Position numbers and translations under genes: made by a program. The notes under the pieces were generated by a model. That model searched no databases. It was given only the letters and a program-made list of their open reading frames with translations, and was not told the origin of the DNA. Source: Macrostomum lignano (Eukaryota). Taken from it: a stretch of DNA of 64,000 nt. Below are positions 1 to 11,115 of the stretch, in pieces. The stretch's first letter is position 1. Each line of letters opens with the position of its first letter. Where the stretch lies: positions 372,001-436,000 of the forward strand of contig NIVC01000032.1 of assembly GCA_002269645.1 (NCBI GenBank), written 5' to 3'.

Positions 1-1398
1 ACAGGATTAAGCTGGCTAAGAATCGATGAAAAATTGTCAGATTCAACTCGCACCCGTTCAGAGCCGTTTGCACGTCTGGCGGCAGATGGTGCTGGTGCTG
101 ATGATGATGGTGATGACTGCTGTTGCTATGGTGATGGTGATGCGGCAGGTGCAAATGGAGATGATGATTCCGATGGTGATGGTGACTCAGGGCAGTTTCG
201 TATGATAAAGGAAGCTGCAGTATGTCCTGTCTGGGCTTCTGCGGTGGCTGCTGCGTCGATGTGGACTCTTGTCGGTCGGCACCGTTGCAAGTGCCTGGCG
301 GCGCGAGGTGCTCAGCCAACAGTCGCAGCAGGTCGCCAGAACTGAGCAGACGAATTATCCGAGTTGGAAGCTGCTCGTCCAGTTTTGAGCCGAATTCGTC
401 AGTTATAACCAGGGGCTTGGCAGTATCGAAGCCTTGAAAGTTGCCGTGCTTGTCGAATTGCGGGGATGGAAGCGAGAGCGCCAGTCTGTTGCCATGAGGA
501 CTGCTCGCAGGTGTGAAGAAGGATGGCAGCTTGTTATTCACGGTTTTGTACACGGATACTGTACCTTCTCTTCTATCACGATAGTGTAAAGTTTAAAATA
601 CATGTAACTTTAAAATAACATAAAAATCGGGGTTGTAGTCTAGTGGTTAGAGCGTCAGACTCACGACTTGAAGGTCGGGGGTTCGATTCCCGATCCCACT
701 GGAACAATTTGTACATACTAGAGCAAGACACTTAACTCTGCACTGCTGTAGTTTACTCAGCTGTAAAATATGGATGCTGAGGTAATTGAGGATGTGTGGC
801 GACCCCCCAGTCCTTGGACTGAACAGCCGTACGCAGCCTTCAGATGCGCCGCGCAATAGCTGCGGCTGAGCTGTCGGTTGCACATCTGGCCCAACTGGGA
901 CAGGTGTAATAAAGTTTTAAAAACACGAACACTACTGAAGCCTAATTCATATTGAGTGCTTGATATGAAAGAAACAAGAATTGAATAAAATGCTTACCTT
1001 TGCTCATCAACAATTCGTTTCTCCAACAGTTTCGGTGAGATCTTGGCCAGCCAATCCAACACGACTTGCCAGCCTTCGGTTGGGTTGGCAAATTTCGCCA
1101 GCCGGCAAGGCAGCTGTGAGCGTCGCTTATTGATGCCGCTGTCTGGACCCTGGGCCGGCGACAGCAGCTCCTTCATCAGCTGGTAGCCTTTGCGTAGATT
1201 CCACAGCAGGCCACTGCCGTGAGCGCTGGAATCATGTCCACCATGGCACTGATGATGGTGCTCCTGATGACTGCTGCCTCCGCTGTGTCGATGGTGTCTC
1301 TTCTCAGAGGATAACTCCTGCTTAGGGATGTTTGATTCTTTCTCATCTGTGTCAGATTGCTCTGGCATCAAATTGTGATTATTTGGATTTATTGCCAT
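1..1398 (-). CDS. Partial gene for an uncharacterised His-rich protein (3' end runs off the window)
   Basis: Exons 998-1398 and <1-572. Donor AG|GTAAGC at 997 and acceptor GATAG| at 573 join in phase 2 (..VDEQR|REGTVSVYKTV..). The second exon stays open to base 1 and encodes LPLSYETAL and long His tracts. The start (ATG 1398) is uncertain. No recognised domain. Confidence 0.65.
629..910 (+). mobile_element. tRNA-derived CORE-type SINE (family 1), full length, in intron of His-rich gene
   Basis: A-box TAGTCTAGTGG and B-box GGTTCGATTCC, then CORE-like GAGCAAGACACTTAACTCTGCA..CAGCTGTAAAAT and tail ..CACATCTGGCCC..CAGGTGTAAT. Four related copies in the window. Confidence 0.8.
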
Positions 1399-1593
1399 CA
1401 ATGAATTTTGTTGGGTTGAAATTAAATATTAATATTGATCTCGTGGGGATATGCCAAGCGTTAGCCGTTAAGTACATTGAAAGCATAGCACTTGACAACC
1501 ATAGACATTGCTTCTGCAGGCAAAGATTTCTATTGTCAGTTAAAGTGCACAGCAATGCTACTTAATATGCGTACTCGTGGCCTAGACATTTAA

Positions 1594-2515
1594 GGGGAGC
1601 ACTCCAACTGCCAGCCGGAAAACTGCCAGCCGACAATTGCCAGCCGACAACTGCCCGCCGACAACTGCCAGTCGACAACTGCCAGCCGATAATTCTGTAA
1701 TGCCTATTGTAAATATTTCTGTATTGAAAGTTTATTTACTTTATTATTTAATTTGCGATTGCTATATGACGCAATCCTAGATAAGTCTATTAAACTACTT
1801 TACTTAAATAAAGCTTTCAAAGAAAGAGCAAAGGCTACCTAAAATACGAAATTCGAATGCTTTCTCCTTCACATATATACTTCTAATGGAAATCTGAAAA
1901 AAATAGGGAAGGGAAGGGCGACGTTTAAGGCTACCCCACAAGCCTTTTGCTAGCCAAACAGTTTCGTGCTTTTTACTTAGCTAATAAGTAGGCTACAGTA
2001 GATTCAATTAGCTAGAACTTGTCGGCTGGCAGTTGTCGCCTGGCAGATTTCTCGGCTGGCAGTTGTCGGCTGGCAGTTTTCCGGCTGGCAGTTTTCTCGG
2101 CTGGCAATTGTCGACTGGCAATTGTCGACTGGCAGTTGTCGGCTGGCAGTTTTCCGGCTGGCAGTTTTCTCGGCTGGCAATTGTCGGCTGGCAGTTGTCG
2201 GCTGGCAGTTGTCGGCTGGCAGTTTTCCGGCTGGCAGTTTTCTCGGCTGGCAATTGTCGACTGGCAGTTGTCGGCTGGCAGTTTTCCGGCTGGCAGTTTT
2301 CTCGGCTGGCAATTGTCGACTGGCAATTGTCGACTGGCAGTTGTCGGCTGGCAGTTTTCCGGCTGGCAGTTTTCTCGGCTGGCAATTGTCGGCTGGCAGT
2401 TGTCGACTGGCAGTTGTCGGCTGGCAGTTGTCGGCTGGCAATTGTCGGCTGGCAGTTTTCCGGCTGGCAGTTGTCGGCTGGCAGTTTTCCGGCTGGCAGT
2501 TGGGGTGGACCCCAT
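1594..2515. mobile_element. Foldback/MITE-like element with inverted subterminal 14-bp tandem arrays, flanked by TTAA
   Basis: TTAA at 1590-1593 and 2516-2519. Imperfect TIR GGGGAGCACTCCAACTGCCAGCCGG vs (rc) ATGGGGTCCACCCCAACTGCCAGCCGG. Arrays CTGCCAGCCGACAA (1606-1690) and its reverse complement (2020-2500). Confidence 0.6.
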
Positions 2516-2619
2516 TTAAGCACTCTAGTACTTATCTCTTGTTGGCTCTGTCAACCACATTCACAACGAGGGTCGAGGAGGTCTAACACCAGGTAGTTGT
2601 CTCTCGCTCCCGTCTAGCC

Positions 2620-3830
2620 ATGACTGCATTGTTCTGCCTGGCTTCTCTGTCCCTTGGATACTTCTAAATAGTACATTGCTTGAACAGGAGAGAGGAATTG
2701 CAGCCTTTGACTGATGTTCTCCAACGCGTCATATACGTTCATGTACGTATCGCTTGGAGACTTGGAAGCCGACTTTGAGAGGTCAGAGCGCCTGCTCAGA
2801 GACCAGAGCGACAATGAGGAGCTGCAGCTGCGGCTTCTGGACCAGCTCGAGCCGAAGAAAAAGACGCTTTTGAGAGGGAGAGAATGTTTGATCCGTTGGT
2901 CTTCAGTCAAGGAATAAGGCTGAATTGCAAAGGTGGGTGCGGAGTGAGGTGGGTGAGGAGTGAGGTGGGTGCGGAGTGAGGTGGGTGAGGAGTGAGGTGG
3001 GTGAGGAGTGAGGTGGGTGAGGAGTGAGGTGGATGTGGATTGAGGTGGGTGTGGAGTGAGGTGGGTGAGGAGTGAGGTGGGTGTGGAGTGAGGTGGGTGT
3101 GGAGTGAGGTGGGTGTGCAATATTCAGTGGCTAGTTGTGTGCAACAACACTAGAGGATTCGTTGCTGACAGCTCAGGCCGTGTGGTTTCTGCGAGACTCG
3201 GCGAGAGGCGCCGGAAAGGCTGTTTCAGTTCTGCATCCTAGCATCGTTTAATTCAACAAAAATATTATTGGTGCTGTCTGTGGACGGCTCACACAAGTTA
3301 GGATGCCAGTGCGCGACATCATGCAACTGGAACAAGAAAGTCTTTCTTGTAGATAATGCCACCGTCAGCTGCTGTTTATTGCTCAGTCTGACGCAGTCAC
3401 AGTAGTGACGGACCTGAGCGGTCACGCGGTGCGTCGAGTCCGCCCACACAACGTGGGCTTCGGTGACATCTGTGGAATCGGTGGCAACGCAGCCTTCGTG
3501 TTTGTGTCCAGTGGAAACAAAATTGCTGCATTCAGCAAAGCGACTTGGCAGATAAAGACGGTAATCACGCTGTCTCAGCTTCCTGATGCTCGGCTGGGTA
3601 ACCCGACGACTCACGACAACTGCATTCTGGTGACAGACAGGAAGTAATCAGGTGCACAGAGTGCGCATCGACACCCAGCAGCCTTCCCGGCTCTGCGTTC
3701 CGGCCTCCCAACAGTTTGATCAGCCAGCTAATGTCGCCATTGACTGCAGAGGCCGCCTGTTTGTGAGTGAAATTGTATGGTCACTCAGTGTGTGCAGAGG
3801 TTGCAGATGAGGGGTCGCTGCTGTGGACGC
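2620..3830 (+). pseudogene. Degenerate coiled-coil + NHL-repeat (TRIM-NHL-like) gene relic
   Basis: Coiled-coil-like DLEADFERSERLLRDQSDNEELQLRLLDQLE (2714-2917). Beta-propeller-like segments at 3360-3830 include FDQPANVAIDCRGRLFVSE (NHL consensus). In-frame stops and a frameshift near 3646. Confidence 0.45.
2932..3116. repeat. 16-bp minisatellite (GAGGTGGGTGAGGAGT)n
   Basis: About 11 direct tandem copies visible. Confidence 0.9.
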
Positions 3831-3945
3831 TCGCGTGGTCACGGGGTGATGACTAGAGGTCCAACTCCAGGCTTTTAAAACATAGATTAGATTTGTATGT
3901 CCTTGAACTGTTATTGGTTCATGGTAAACATTTTGTTTATTAATA

Positions 3946-6139
3946 TGATGTAACCGCCCTTGTCGCCTGTCCGCTCCTATTGAGAGACGAACGCTTGGCT
4001 AGAGGGGCGATGACCGTAGGCTGCCTATGACCGGGCAATGACCTGACGGACCTCCAGCACCAGACTGTCCCGCCCACATGATTAGTAGCTTTGGTAGCGC
4101 TTCGTGACCAGAGGGCCAAGGACCCGCATGGACCCCACCTGTAGCCAAGGTGCAATTGTTGGTCACTCGGTCATGGTATGACCGAGTGGCTGCCACCACT
4201 CTATGTGACCTGGCGCACCTGGATCTTTCTACCAGACCTCTCGAGGCTAGAGCCCCGCCTGGAGTGGTTACCAGGGGATTTAGGCTAACAGGGGAGACGC
4301 ATACAGCCGAGTACAGGGACTCTGCTTGGGGCATGATCGGGAACTCTGGGCTCAATCCTGGAGGATTTCTCAGCAGGGGATCCTTTGTGGCTGTGAGCGA
4401 GGCTGGCTTGCGACTTTGATTACTAAGAGTAGTATGAGGCGAACATGTACTGTCTCTAGTTTAGATTGCTCAGGGCGAAGGGACGCGTCAGCATGGGGTT
4501 GCAACCTTCCTACTGCCATTCTGTGCCAAGACTCGCTACTCCCTCTACTGCACGCACACGCGGCCCCGCAGCACGCACTCACAGGCGGGCTTTGCACGGG
4601 GGGAGGCCATTAGCTTACCCAAACTTCCCTATGCTTTGCCACCCCGGGAGAAAGGCTTAGCAAGCCATGAGTTAAATGATGGTGAAAGATTGAATAATGA
4701 TGAAGTTAGTTAATAGTTAATAATTAGGCCCTTAGGCGAATAATCAGGCAATTAGGCGGCTTCACTATTGAGTAAAATACAGCAAAAGATACGGTATCAC
4801 AATTGGCTCAGCTCTCTAATCAGACAATGGAAAATAGGCAAACCCCGGATAAGCAAAGGCAATTAGAGCACAAATTAGTAACAGGAACTTACCGGCAGCT
4901 GCACAGAGAGAGAGAGGCGGAGTGGCCGAGGGTGGCTGTAGGCTGCGGTCAGGCAGACAGTGGAGCGGCGATGCGCTGGAGCGACGAGGCGCTGATGTAG
5001 ATCAGGCGATGCTGATGATGCTGGGCGGTATCAGACCGCTGGCCGATAGGCGAGCTCACTTGGGGAGCTAAGGATAACTTGGCGGTAACAGACCGCGGAC
5101 CGGCAGGGATTCGTCTTATAGACGAATGGGTCAGAACTCAGTCTGACGGCAAGCCCAAAGAGGCGGAAAGTCTGAGGATTCTCATGCCGAAATCGCTTCC
5201 TTTTATAGACCTCACAGCCGCCTCCTCAAGGTCGTTACCATGGCTCCCTCTCTCTGATTGGCTGCCGGCAGAATGACGTCAGAATGAGTCATGATGAGAA
5301 GCATGAGACCGGCATAGCAACATGAGAAATCAGGAAATTGCGCAATCCGGAGGTGGGGTGGGGGATAATTGGCGCAGCGGGTGGTCGCGAAAGTGTTGCG
5401 CAAGCAAACATTGAGAACAATAGGGCTGGGGTCGAGAACAAAGGAATTGGAAAACGGGGATAATTGGGGAGAACTGAGAACAATGGAAAAGTAAACATTG
5501 GGGAAAAGGTGATAATTAGGTGCGAAAACGAGAACAAAAGAAAGAGAAAATCGGAGAAAATGTGATAATTGGTGGGGGTCGAGAGAACAAAAGAAGCAAA
5601 AACGAGAACAATAGAAGCGGAGGTGGGGTGGGTGTCGCATGAGAAATTTGGGGAGGAGAACAATGGCGTGAGAAAAGGTTGCGCAAGAGAGGGGGATGAG
5701 TCATCGATGAGTCACCGAGGGGGAGAAGGGGTCACACGACTTGCGTCACCGTTTGGGAGTCTGAGAGGGGATGGGGAGACGGTGAGCACACAAAATACTG
5801 TAAGTAGACACAGGGAAAGAGGGGACAGCGCAGGAAAAGAGTGCAGAGGGAGACAAAAAGAGGGGAGATAGGGAAAGTACAGGAAGAATAGGGCGGAAAA
5901 CAGAAGAGATAAGGTAGAGGGGGAGGTACAGAAAGGGGTAGGGGGCTCCGGAAAGGCAGGTGTGGCGGCAGGGGAGACGGGACCAAGGCAGCAGGAGGGG
6001 TGCAGCAGAGCGGGAGTCTCCAGGCCCGGTCGGAGACCTGGCCGAGTCTCGACAGCTCTGTGCAGAGGGTGCACGGGATAGGAGGCACTTTCGAAAAAGT
6101 TCCCATGCCCTATCCCGCGACCAGAGCGTGGTTACATCA
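3946..6139 (-). mobile_element. Solo LTR (Gypsy-like), 2194 bp
   Basis: Begins TGATGTAACC and ends GGTTACATCA (10-bp inverted termini, TG..CA). 4-bp target-site duplication AATA at 3942-3945 and 6140-6143. Orientation inferred from minus-strand CCAAT/TATA order. Confidence 0.75.
5201..5291 (-). promoter_or_regulatory. LTR U3-like promoter: AP-1, CRE, CCAAT, TATA
   Basis: TGAGTCA 5285-5291, TGACGTCA 5274-5281, CCAAT 5261-5257 and TATAAAA 5207-5201 in correct order on the minus strand. Two more TGAGTCA at 5697-5703 and 5708-5714. Confidence 0.6.
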
Positions 6140-6571
6140 AATACTATTTTGGAGTGAATTTTATTATCGAGCAAAGGTATAAAGATTTGTATTGCCGAAA
6201 TGATTTTCAAAATGTGACCAGTCTGAATGACGGCAGCAGCATCAAAGTTGGGTGACCTTGAGCTTCCCTATATGTACTTTCTGGCTCACAGAAAAAGTCA
6301 CCACATCTTATTAGAACTTTGAGAACGAGTAGATTTGAAGCTCAATTTTTCAGTAATGAACTTTCAATTGAATCAGTCTTTAAAATCTAGAGAGTAAAGG
6401 CAAATAAATAAGCGAAAAGTACTTTAATGCAAAGTTAGGCAATTTTTATTGAAACGATTTATTTATAAGGTTACTACTTAAATCGAAACAGAGTTTTTAT
6501 TCGAAAATAAATCAACGCTAGTTATTAGAGTTCAAGATGATATTGACTGTCGCCATGGCAACTGCATGGTC

Positions 6572-8067
6572 TCAGTTCATCGTCAGTACTTCGTAGTCGT
6601 CAACGATCTTGTGCTCCTTGCCGCCCCAGGAAATGTAGGCGCACTCCAGATCAGGTTGGGCCTTACCGCAGCAGACCTCGCCTTCGAACTGGGAGGTAAT
6701 TTGGGTGCATGATTGGGTTAACATTTGGTTAATTGTTGCTACAGAGGTGCTGCAAGGTTTTTTGATGGGTGCCATTTTATGGGGCGTCATCTTAGGGGAG
6801 CGTCATCTTAGGGGGGGACGTCATCTTAGGGGGGGGGCGTCATTTTAGGGGGGGGGTCATCTTAGGGGGGCGTCATCTTAGGGGAGGCGTCTTAGGGGGC
6901 GTCCTCTTAGGGGGCGTCATCTTAGGGGGGGCGTCATTTTAGGGGGCGTCATCTTAGGGGGCGTCATCTTAGGGGGGGGCGTCATCTTAGGGGGGGAGCG
7001 TCATCTTAGCGGGCGTCATCTTAGGGGGCGTCATCTTAGGGGCGTCATCTTAGGGGGGGGGCGTCATCTTAGGGGGGGGGCGTCATCTTAGGGGGGGGCG
7101 TCATCTTAGGGGGCGTCATCTTAGGGGGCGTCATCTTAGGGGGGGGGGCGTCATCTTAGGGGGGGGGCGTCATCTTAGGGGGGGCGTCATCTTAGGGGGG
7201 CGTCATCTTAGGGGGGGAGCGTCATTTTAGGGGGCGTCATCTTAGGGGGCGTCATCTTAGGGGGGGGGCGTCTTAGGGGGCGTCATCTTAGGGGGGGCGT
7301 CTTAGGGGCGTCATCTTAGGGGGGGGCGTCATCTTAGGGGGGGGCGTCATCTTAGGGGGGGGGGCGTCATCTTAGGGGGGGGCGTCATCTTAGGGGGGGG
7401 CGTCATCTTAGGGGGCGTCATCTTAGGGGGCGTCATCTTAGGGGGCGTCATCTTAGGGGGGCGTCATCTTAGGGGGCGTCATCTTAGGGGGGGGGCGTCA
7501 TCTTAGGGGGGCGTCATCTTAGGGGGCGTCATCTTAGCCTTAGGGGAGTGTCTTCTTAGGGGGGCGTTATCTTAGGGGGGGGGCGTCATGCATCATCTTA
7601 GGGGGGCGCCATGTTAGTTCATAATTAGTTGTCAGCCTATTGGGGACAGCGGCTATGACCCTGCATGGGTAAAGGTTAAAAGTAGCCACAGGAATTGACG
7701 CACTCACCGTAGCTCGAGCAACGTACAGTGGAGCGCCATTGTCATAGCCGGAGACCAGAGCCCCCTTTGGCACCGAATTGCCCTTAGCTGGCAGCCATTG
7801 GTAGCCGCAGCCGAAGTGGCCAATCTCAGAGGAGACCAGAACCTCGTACTCGCTGTAGGGAACCTCCTCGTCGCCGTATGGCACGTAGGCGCTGGTGTGA
7901 CCGGCGGATAATTTCCCGGGCACCCACTCGCCCTCGTGTTTGGCCCTAGCAACGTAGCAATCCTCTCCGGCTTTGACAGCCCCGGCTGGGATGTCACCGT
8001 TGGAAGCCGGGTGCCAACTGAGGCACAGCTCGATGCCCTCGATGTCGTTGTGATTCACTCGGCTCAT
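6572..8067 (-). CDS. DM9-repeat (DUF3421) protein, 158 aa, 2 exons
   Basis: Exons 7708-8067 and 6572-6688, phase-0 GT-AG intron. Two DM9 repeats: W..ASNGDIPAGAV..G..YVARAKHEGEWVPGK..AYVPYG..E..YEVL and W....G..VP.GA...G...LYVARA..GK....AYISWGGKEH....YEVL. Confidence 0.9.
6781..7610. repeat. G-rich minisatellite (GCGTCATCTTAG(G)n) in DM9 intron
   Basis: About 45 tandem units with variable G-run length. Each unit contains TTAGGG. Confidence 0.95.
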
Positions 8068-9199
8068 GTTGGAAGGTTTAGTAGTTGTGTAGTTAGAAAT
8101 AGGCACTGAGACGAAATCTATGCTGGTGGTGTGTTTTTTATTCAATAGCTAAACCGCAGCCGATTATATACCGCATCAAAAAGTTTATTGCGAACTTAAT
8201 AAGCGGCTGGGTGATGACTAATGACGGTGGGTGTTTATTTTATTATAAACCTTATAGTCTGGCTTCGCGTAGGGAAAGGTTTGGGGGGGTGGTGTTGACT
8301 AAATGCCATCAGCCTCTCCTTTCCTTATCAGTTTATTGCGTTCCAATAAAACCACACTGGCCGCAGCCAAGCCAATGAGAGCGACGGAATTAAGGGTTCG
8401 CGGAGTGGGGTGGGGGTCTGCAGGGGTAGGAAAACTGGGCTTTCGTCTATTATGGAGGGAGCCAATGAAAATCAAGTTTCACAAAAGCGAACATATGGTC
8501 TATGCACATAGACAGAATGAACTTTTGTACTGTGTTGATTACAGACAACTGCATTTTATTACAATTCTTTGTGTTGCGAATAAACGTTTATTTCAATTTG
8601 GATTCTTCCTATTTATACTGGCATGCTGATTGCAGTCTCAGATAGGAGGATAGACGTAGACTCAAGAATTTACGAGCTTAAAGCCTAAATTTTACTGAAC
8701 ATTAGTAACTGCAACAATTTCACTGCTAACTTCAGGATGTATTTTTGAGACTTAAGATATTAAATCTCTAAAATGTGTTTTCTCTTTGCTACAATGTTTA
8801 ATGATCGTTAGGTAATTGTTAATATGCAGTTAAATAAACATTAAATTGTACTCAAAATCCGTTATACCGGTGAATACTATCAAGAAAAACCAGCCTCCTT
8901 AACATTTTCTAAGAAACGTAATTTACTGTATTTCTACCTTGAGTAGTCCTTGAATACTACTCTTACTAACAACCGGAAATCTAAGTAGTAGTATGGTAAG
9001 AAATCTTCATGGAAAAAATGAAAAAAAAGATAAAAATATTCAGCTTCGATTGATTTTTAATCTCGTCTCTCGATGTATTTTTCGATTCTATTCGGAACAA
9101 AATTTCAAAAGCAAAATCCTATTTAGTTTTTTGGCATCGTGTGTAAGTGTGTTCTCAACACTGGCAGCGCAACCTCATCCGGGCAGCAATTCTTGCTGT

Positions 9200-9950
9200 T
9201 CAACCCAGGCGGATCAGTTTGACAACGCGACGCAGGGCGGCAGCCAGCTGGTTGCTGATCCAGCCGTTCATCACCTCGGAGATGATGCCGGACATGGCTT
9301 TGCTGATAGGGCTCAGCACCTGCGGTTTGAGTCAGTAGGTTTATTACGTCAGGTTAAAACTTACTCTGCATTGCTTCAGTTCACCCAGCTGTAAAATGAG
9401 TGCAGGTGTAATCAATTATGCTCACCCAGTCAAGAGCTCCCAGGCCGCCAATGGAGACGCTCAGGCTGCCCAGACTGTGCAGGCGGACCTCGCGCAGGAC
9501 GGGGCTGGCGCCGGAAACTCCCAGATCGTGGGTGACGCGGAGGAAAGCGCGGAAATTCTTCAGAGTGGCTTTGATGCTAGCTGTGACCTTGATGCCGCTC
9601 CAGGACACGCGAGCTCTCAGGGTGCCTCCGACGTTGGCCCCGAAGAGGCCCTGCAGGGTGAGCACGGTGCCAGACTGGCTCAGCGAGGCGTCGCCAGCGC
9701 GCCTCACGGTGGACAGATCGCCCAGCTGGCCGTTGATGGAGGCGGAGCCCTTGATCCTGATGAAGCCGACCTTCTTGCTGAAGCCAACCTTCTTGTCCAG
9801 CACGCTGACCATGTGGGTGTTGGTGTCGCGCAGGTTCTGGGTGAGGCTCTGGAGCAGGGTGTCCATCTGCTGATTGGCCAGGATCACGTTGCCGTGGGCG
9901 GGGCCGGACAGAGCCAGGGCCAGAGTGGCGATGGTTAGCAGGTGCAGCAT
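9200..9950 (-). CDS. Secreted protein, paralogue A (TULIP / Der p 7-group-7-allergen-like), 214 aa
   Basis: Exons 9426-9950 and 9200-9319, phase-0 intron (TGG|GTGAGC..CCGCAG|GTG). Signal peptide MLHLLTIATLALALSGPAHG. Motifs GDLSTVRRAGDASL and V.I.GLG.LDW. Family call is by motif recall only. Confidence 0.8.
9361..9420 (+). mobile_element. Internally deleted SINE family-1 fragment in paralogue A intron
   Basis: TTACTCTGCATTGCTTCAGTTCACCCAGCTGTAAAATGAG joined directly to the tail CAGGTGTAATCAATT. Confidence 0.7.
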
Positions 9951-10063
9951 GGCGGCTGAAGTTTGAATGTAAAAATTTGGGGGTTTTGCAGCTGGAATTG
10001 GTCGTCCTGATGGTCCCAATTCTGCACATTCCGTTGACTCCTGAGCATACAAGCGAGTCAATA

Positions 10064-11115
10064 TACTGCACGCAGGCACAGCACTCATGCACACGCTCAC
10101 ACAAGGTGTACAGCTGCCCTTTGACCTTCTAATCGTTAGACATGTACACTCAGGGGCGTCGCCATAGATTTTACGGTGGGGGGGGCACAAAACCAATAAT
10201 TCTAAATGTACATGTAAAAGCGGCGCTGTCAGCGCTTATTTTGGCGCCGCAGGCACTCATTTTAGCGCGGCACGCACTGATTTTAGCGCCGCAGGCACTC
10301 ATTTTCCCGCGGCACGCACTGATTTTGGCGCCGCAGGCACTCATTTTGGCGCGGCACGTACTGATTTTAGCGCCGCAGGCACTCATTTTAGCGCCGCACG
10401 CACTCATTTTGGCGCCGCAGGCACTCATTTTGGCGCGGCACGTACTGATTTTAGCGCCGCAGGCACTCATTTTAGCGCCGCACGCACTCATTTTGGCGCC
10501 GCAGGCACTCATTTTGGCGCGGCACGTACTGATTTTAGCGCCGCAGGCACTCATTTTAGCGCGGCACGCACTGATTTTAGCGCCGCAGGCACTCATTTTC
10601 CCGCGGCACGCACTGATTTTAGCGCGGCACGCACTGATTTTAGCGCGGCACCCACTGATTTTAGCGCGGCACGCACTGATTTTAGCGCCGCACGCACTCA
10701 TTTTGGCGCCGCAGGCACTCATTTTGGCGCGGCACGTACTGATTTTAGCGCCGCAGGCACTCATTTTAGCGCCGCACCCACTCATTTTGGCGCCGCAGGC
10801 ACTCATTTTGGCGCCGCAGGCACTCATTTTGGCGCCACAGGCACTCATTTTAGCGCCGCAGACACTCATTTTGGCGCCGCAGACACTTATTTTGGCGCCG
10901 CAGGTGCTATATTTTGTCACCCTAAAGCAAAACTGAGTTCCATAACGGGTCACAAGGTTGGGTTGGGGGTGCAAATCACTGGCATGTCCCCCAATAGCTT
11001 TTACTGGGGGGGGGGAGCATGTCCCCCTTGTTCTCCCTGGTGGCGACACCCCTGTGTACACTCCCTGTCTTGTGCTTTGACCTTCATGGATGTTGACCGA
11101 GCAGGGAATCGAACC
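10064..11115 (-). mobile_element. Dispersed repeat / SINE family 2, split by the hAT MITE
   Basis: CGCAGGCACAGCACTCATGCACACGCTCAC..GTGTACAGC.GCCC..GAC.TTCTAATC..CATGTACAC is shared with 37683, 41246, 53718 and 57563. B-box GGTTCGATTCC on the minus strand near 11105-11115. Confidence 0.65.
10151..11054. mobile_element. Non-autonomous hAT MITE containing a 21-bp minisatellite
   Basis: TIRs CAGGGGCGTCGCCA / TGGCGACACCCCTG. Perfect 8-bp TSD TGTACACT at 10143-10150 and 11055-11062. About 32 units of GCACTCATTTTGGCGCCGCAG at 10232-10902. Confidence 0.9.

Noticed and set aside
629-705. tRNA gene (apparent CAC anticodon)
   Set aside because: Stems pair poorly, there is no acceptor stem or Pol III terminator, and it is fused to CORE and tail sequence found in other copies, so it is a SINE head.
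4791-5000. LTR end at 4801 followed by PBS (TGGCTCAG) and gag ORF
   Set aside because: No second direct-repeat LTR and no gag similarity. The TSD and inverted termini instead define a single 3946-6139 element.
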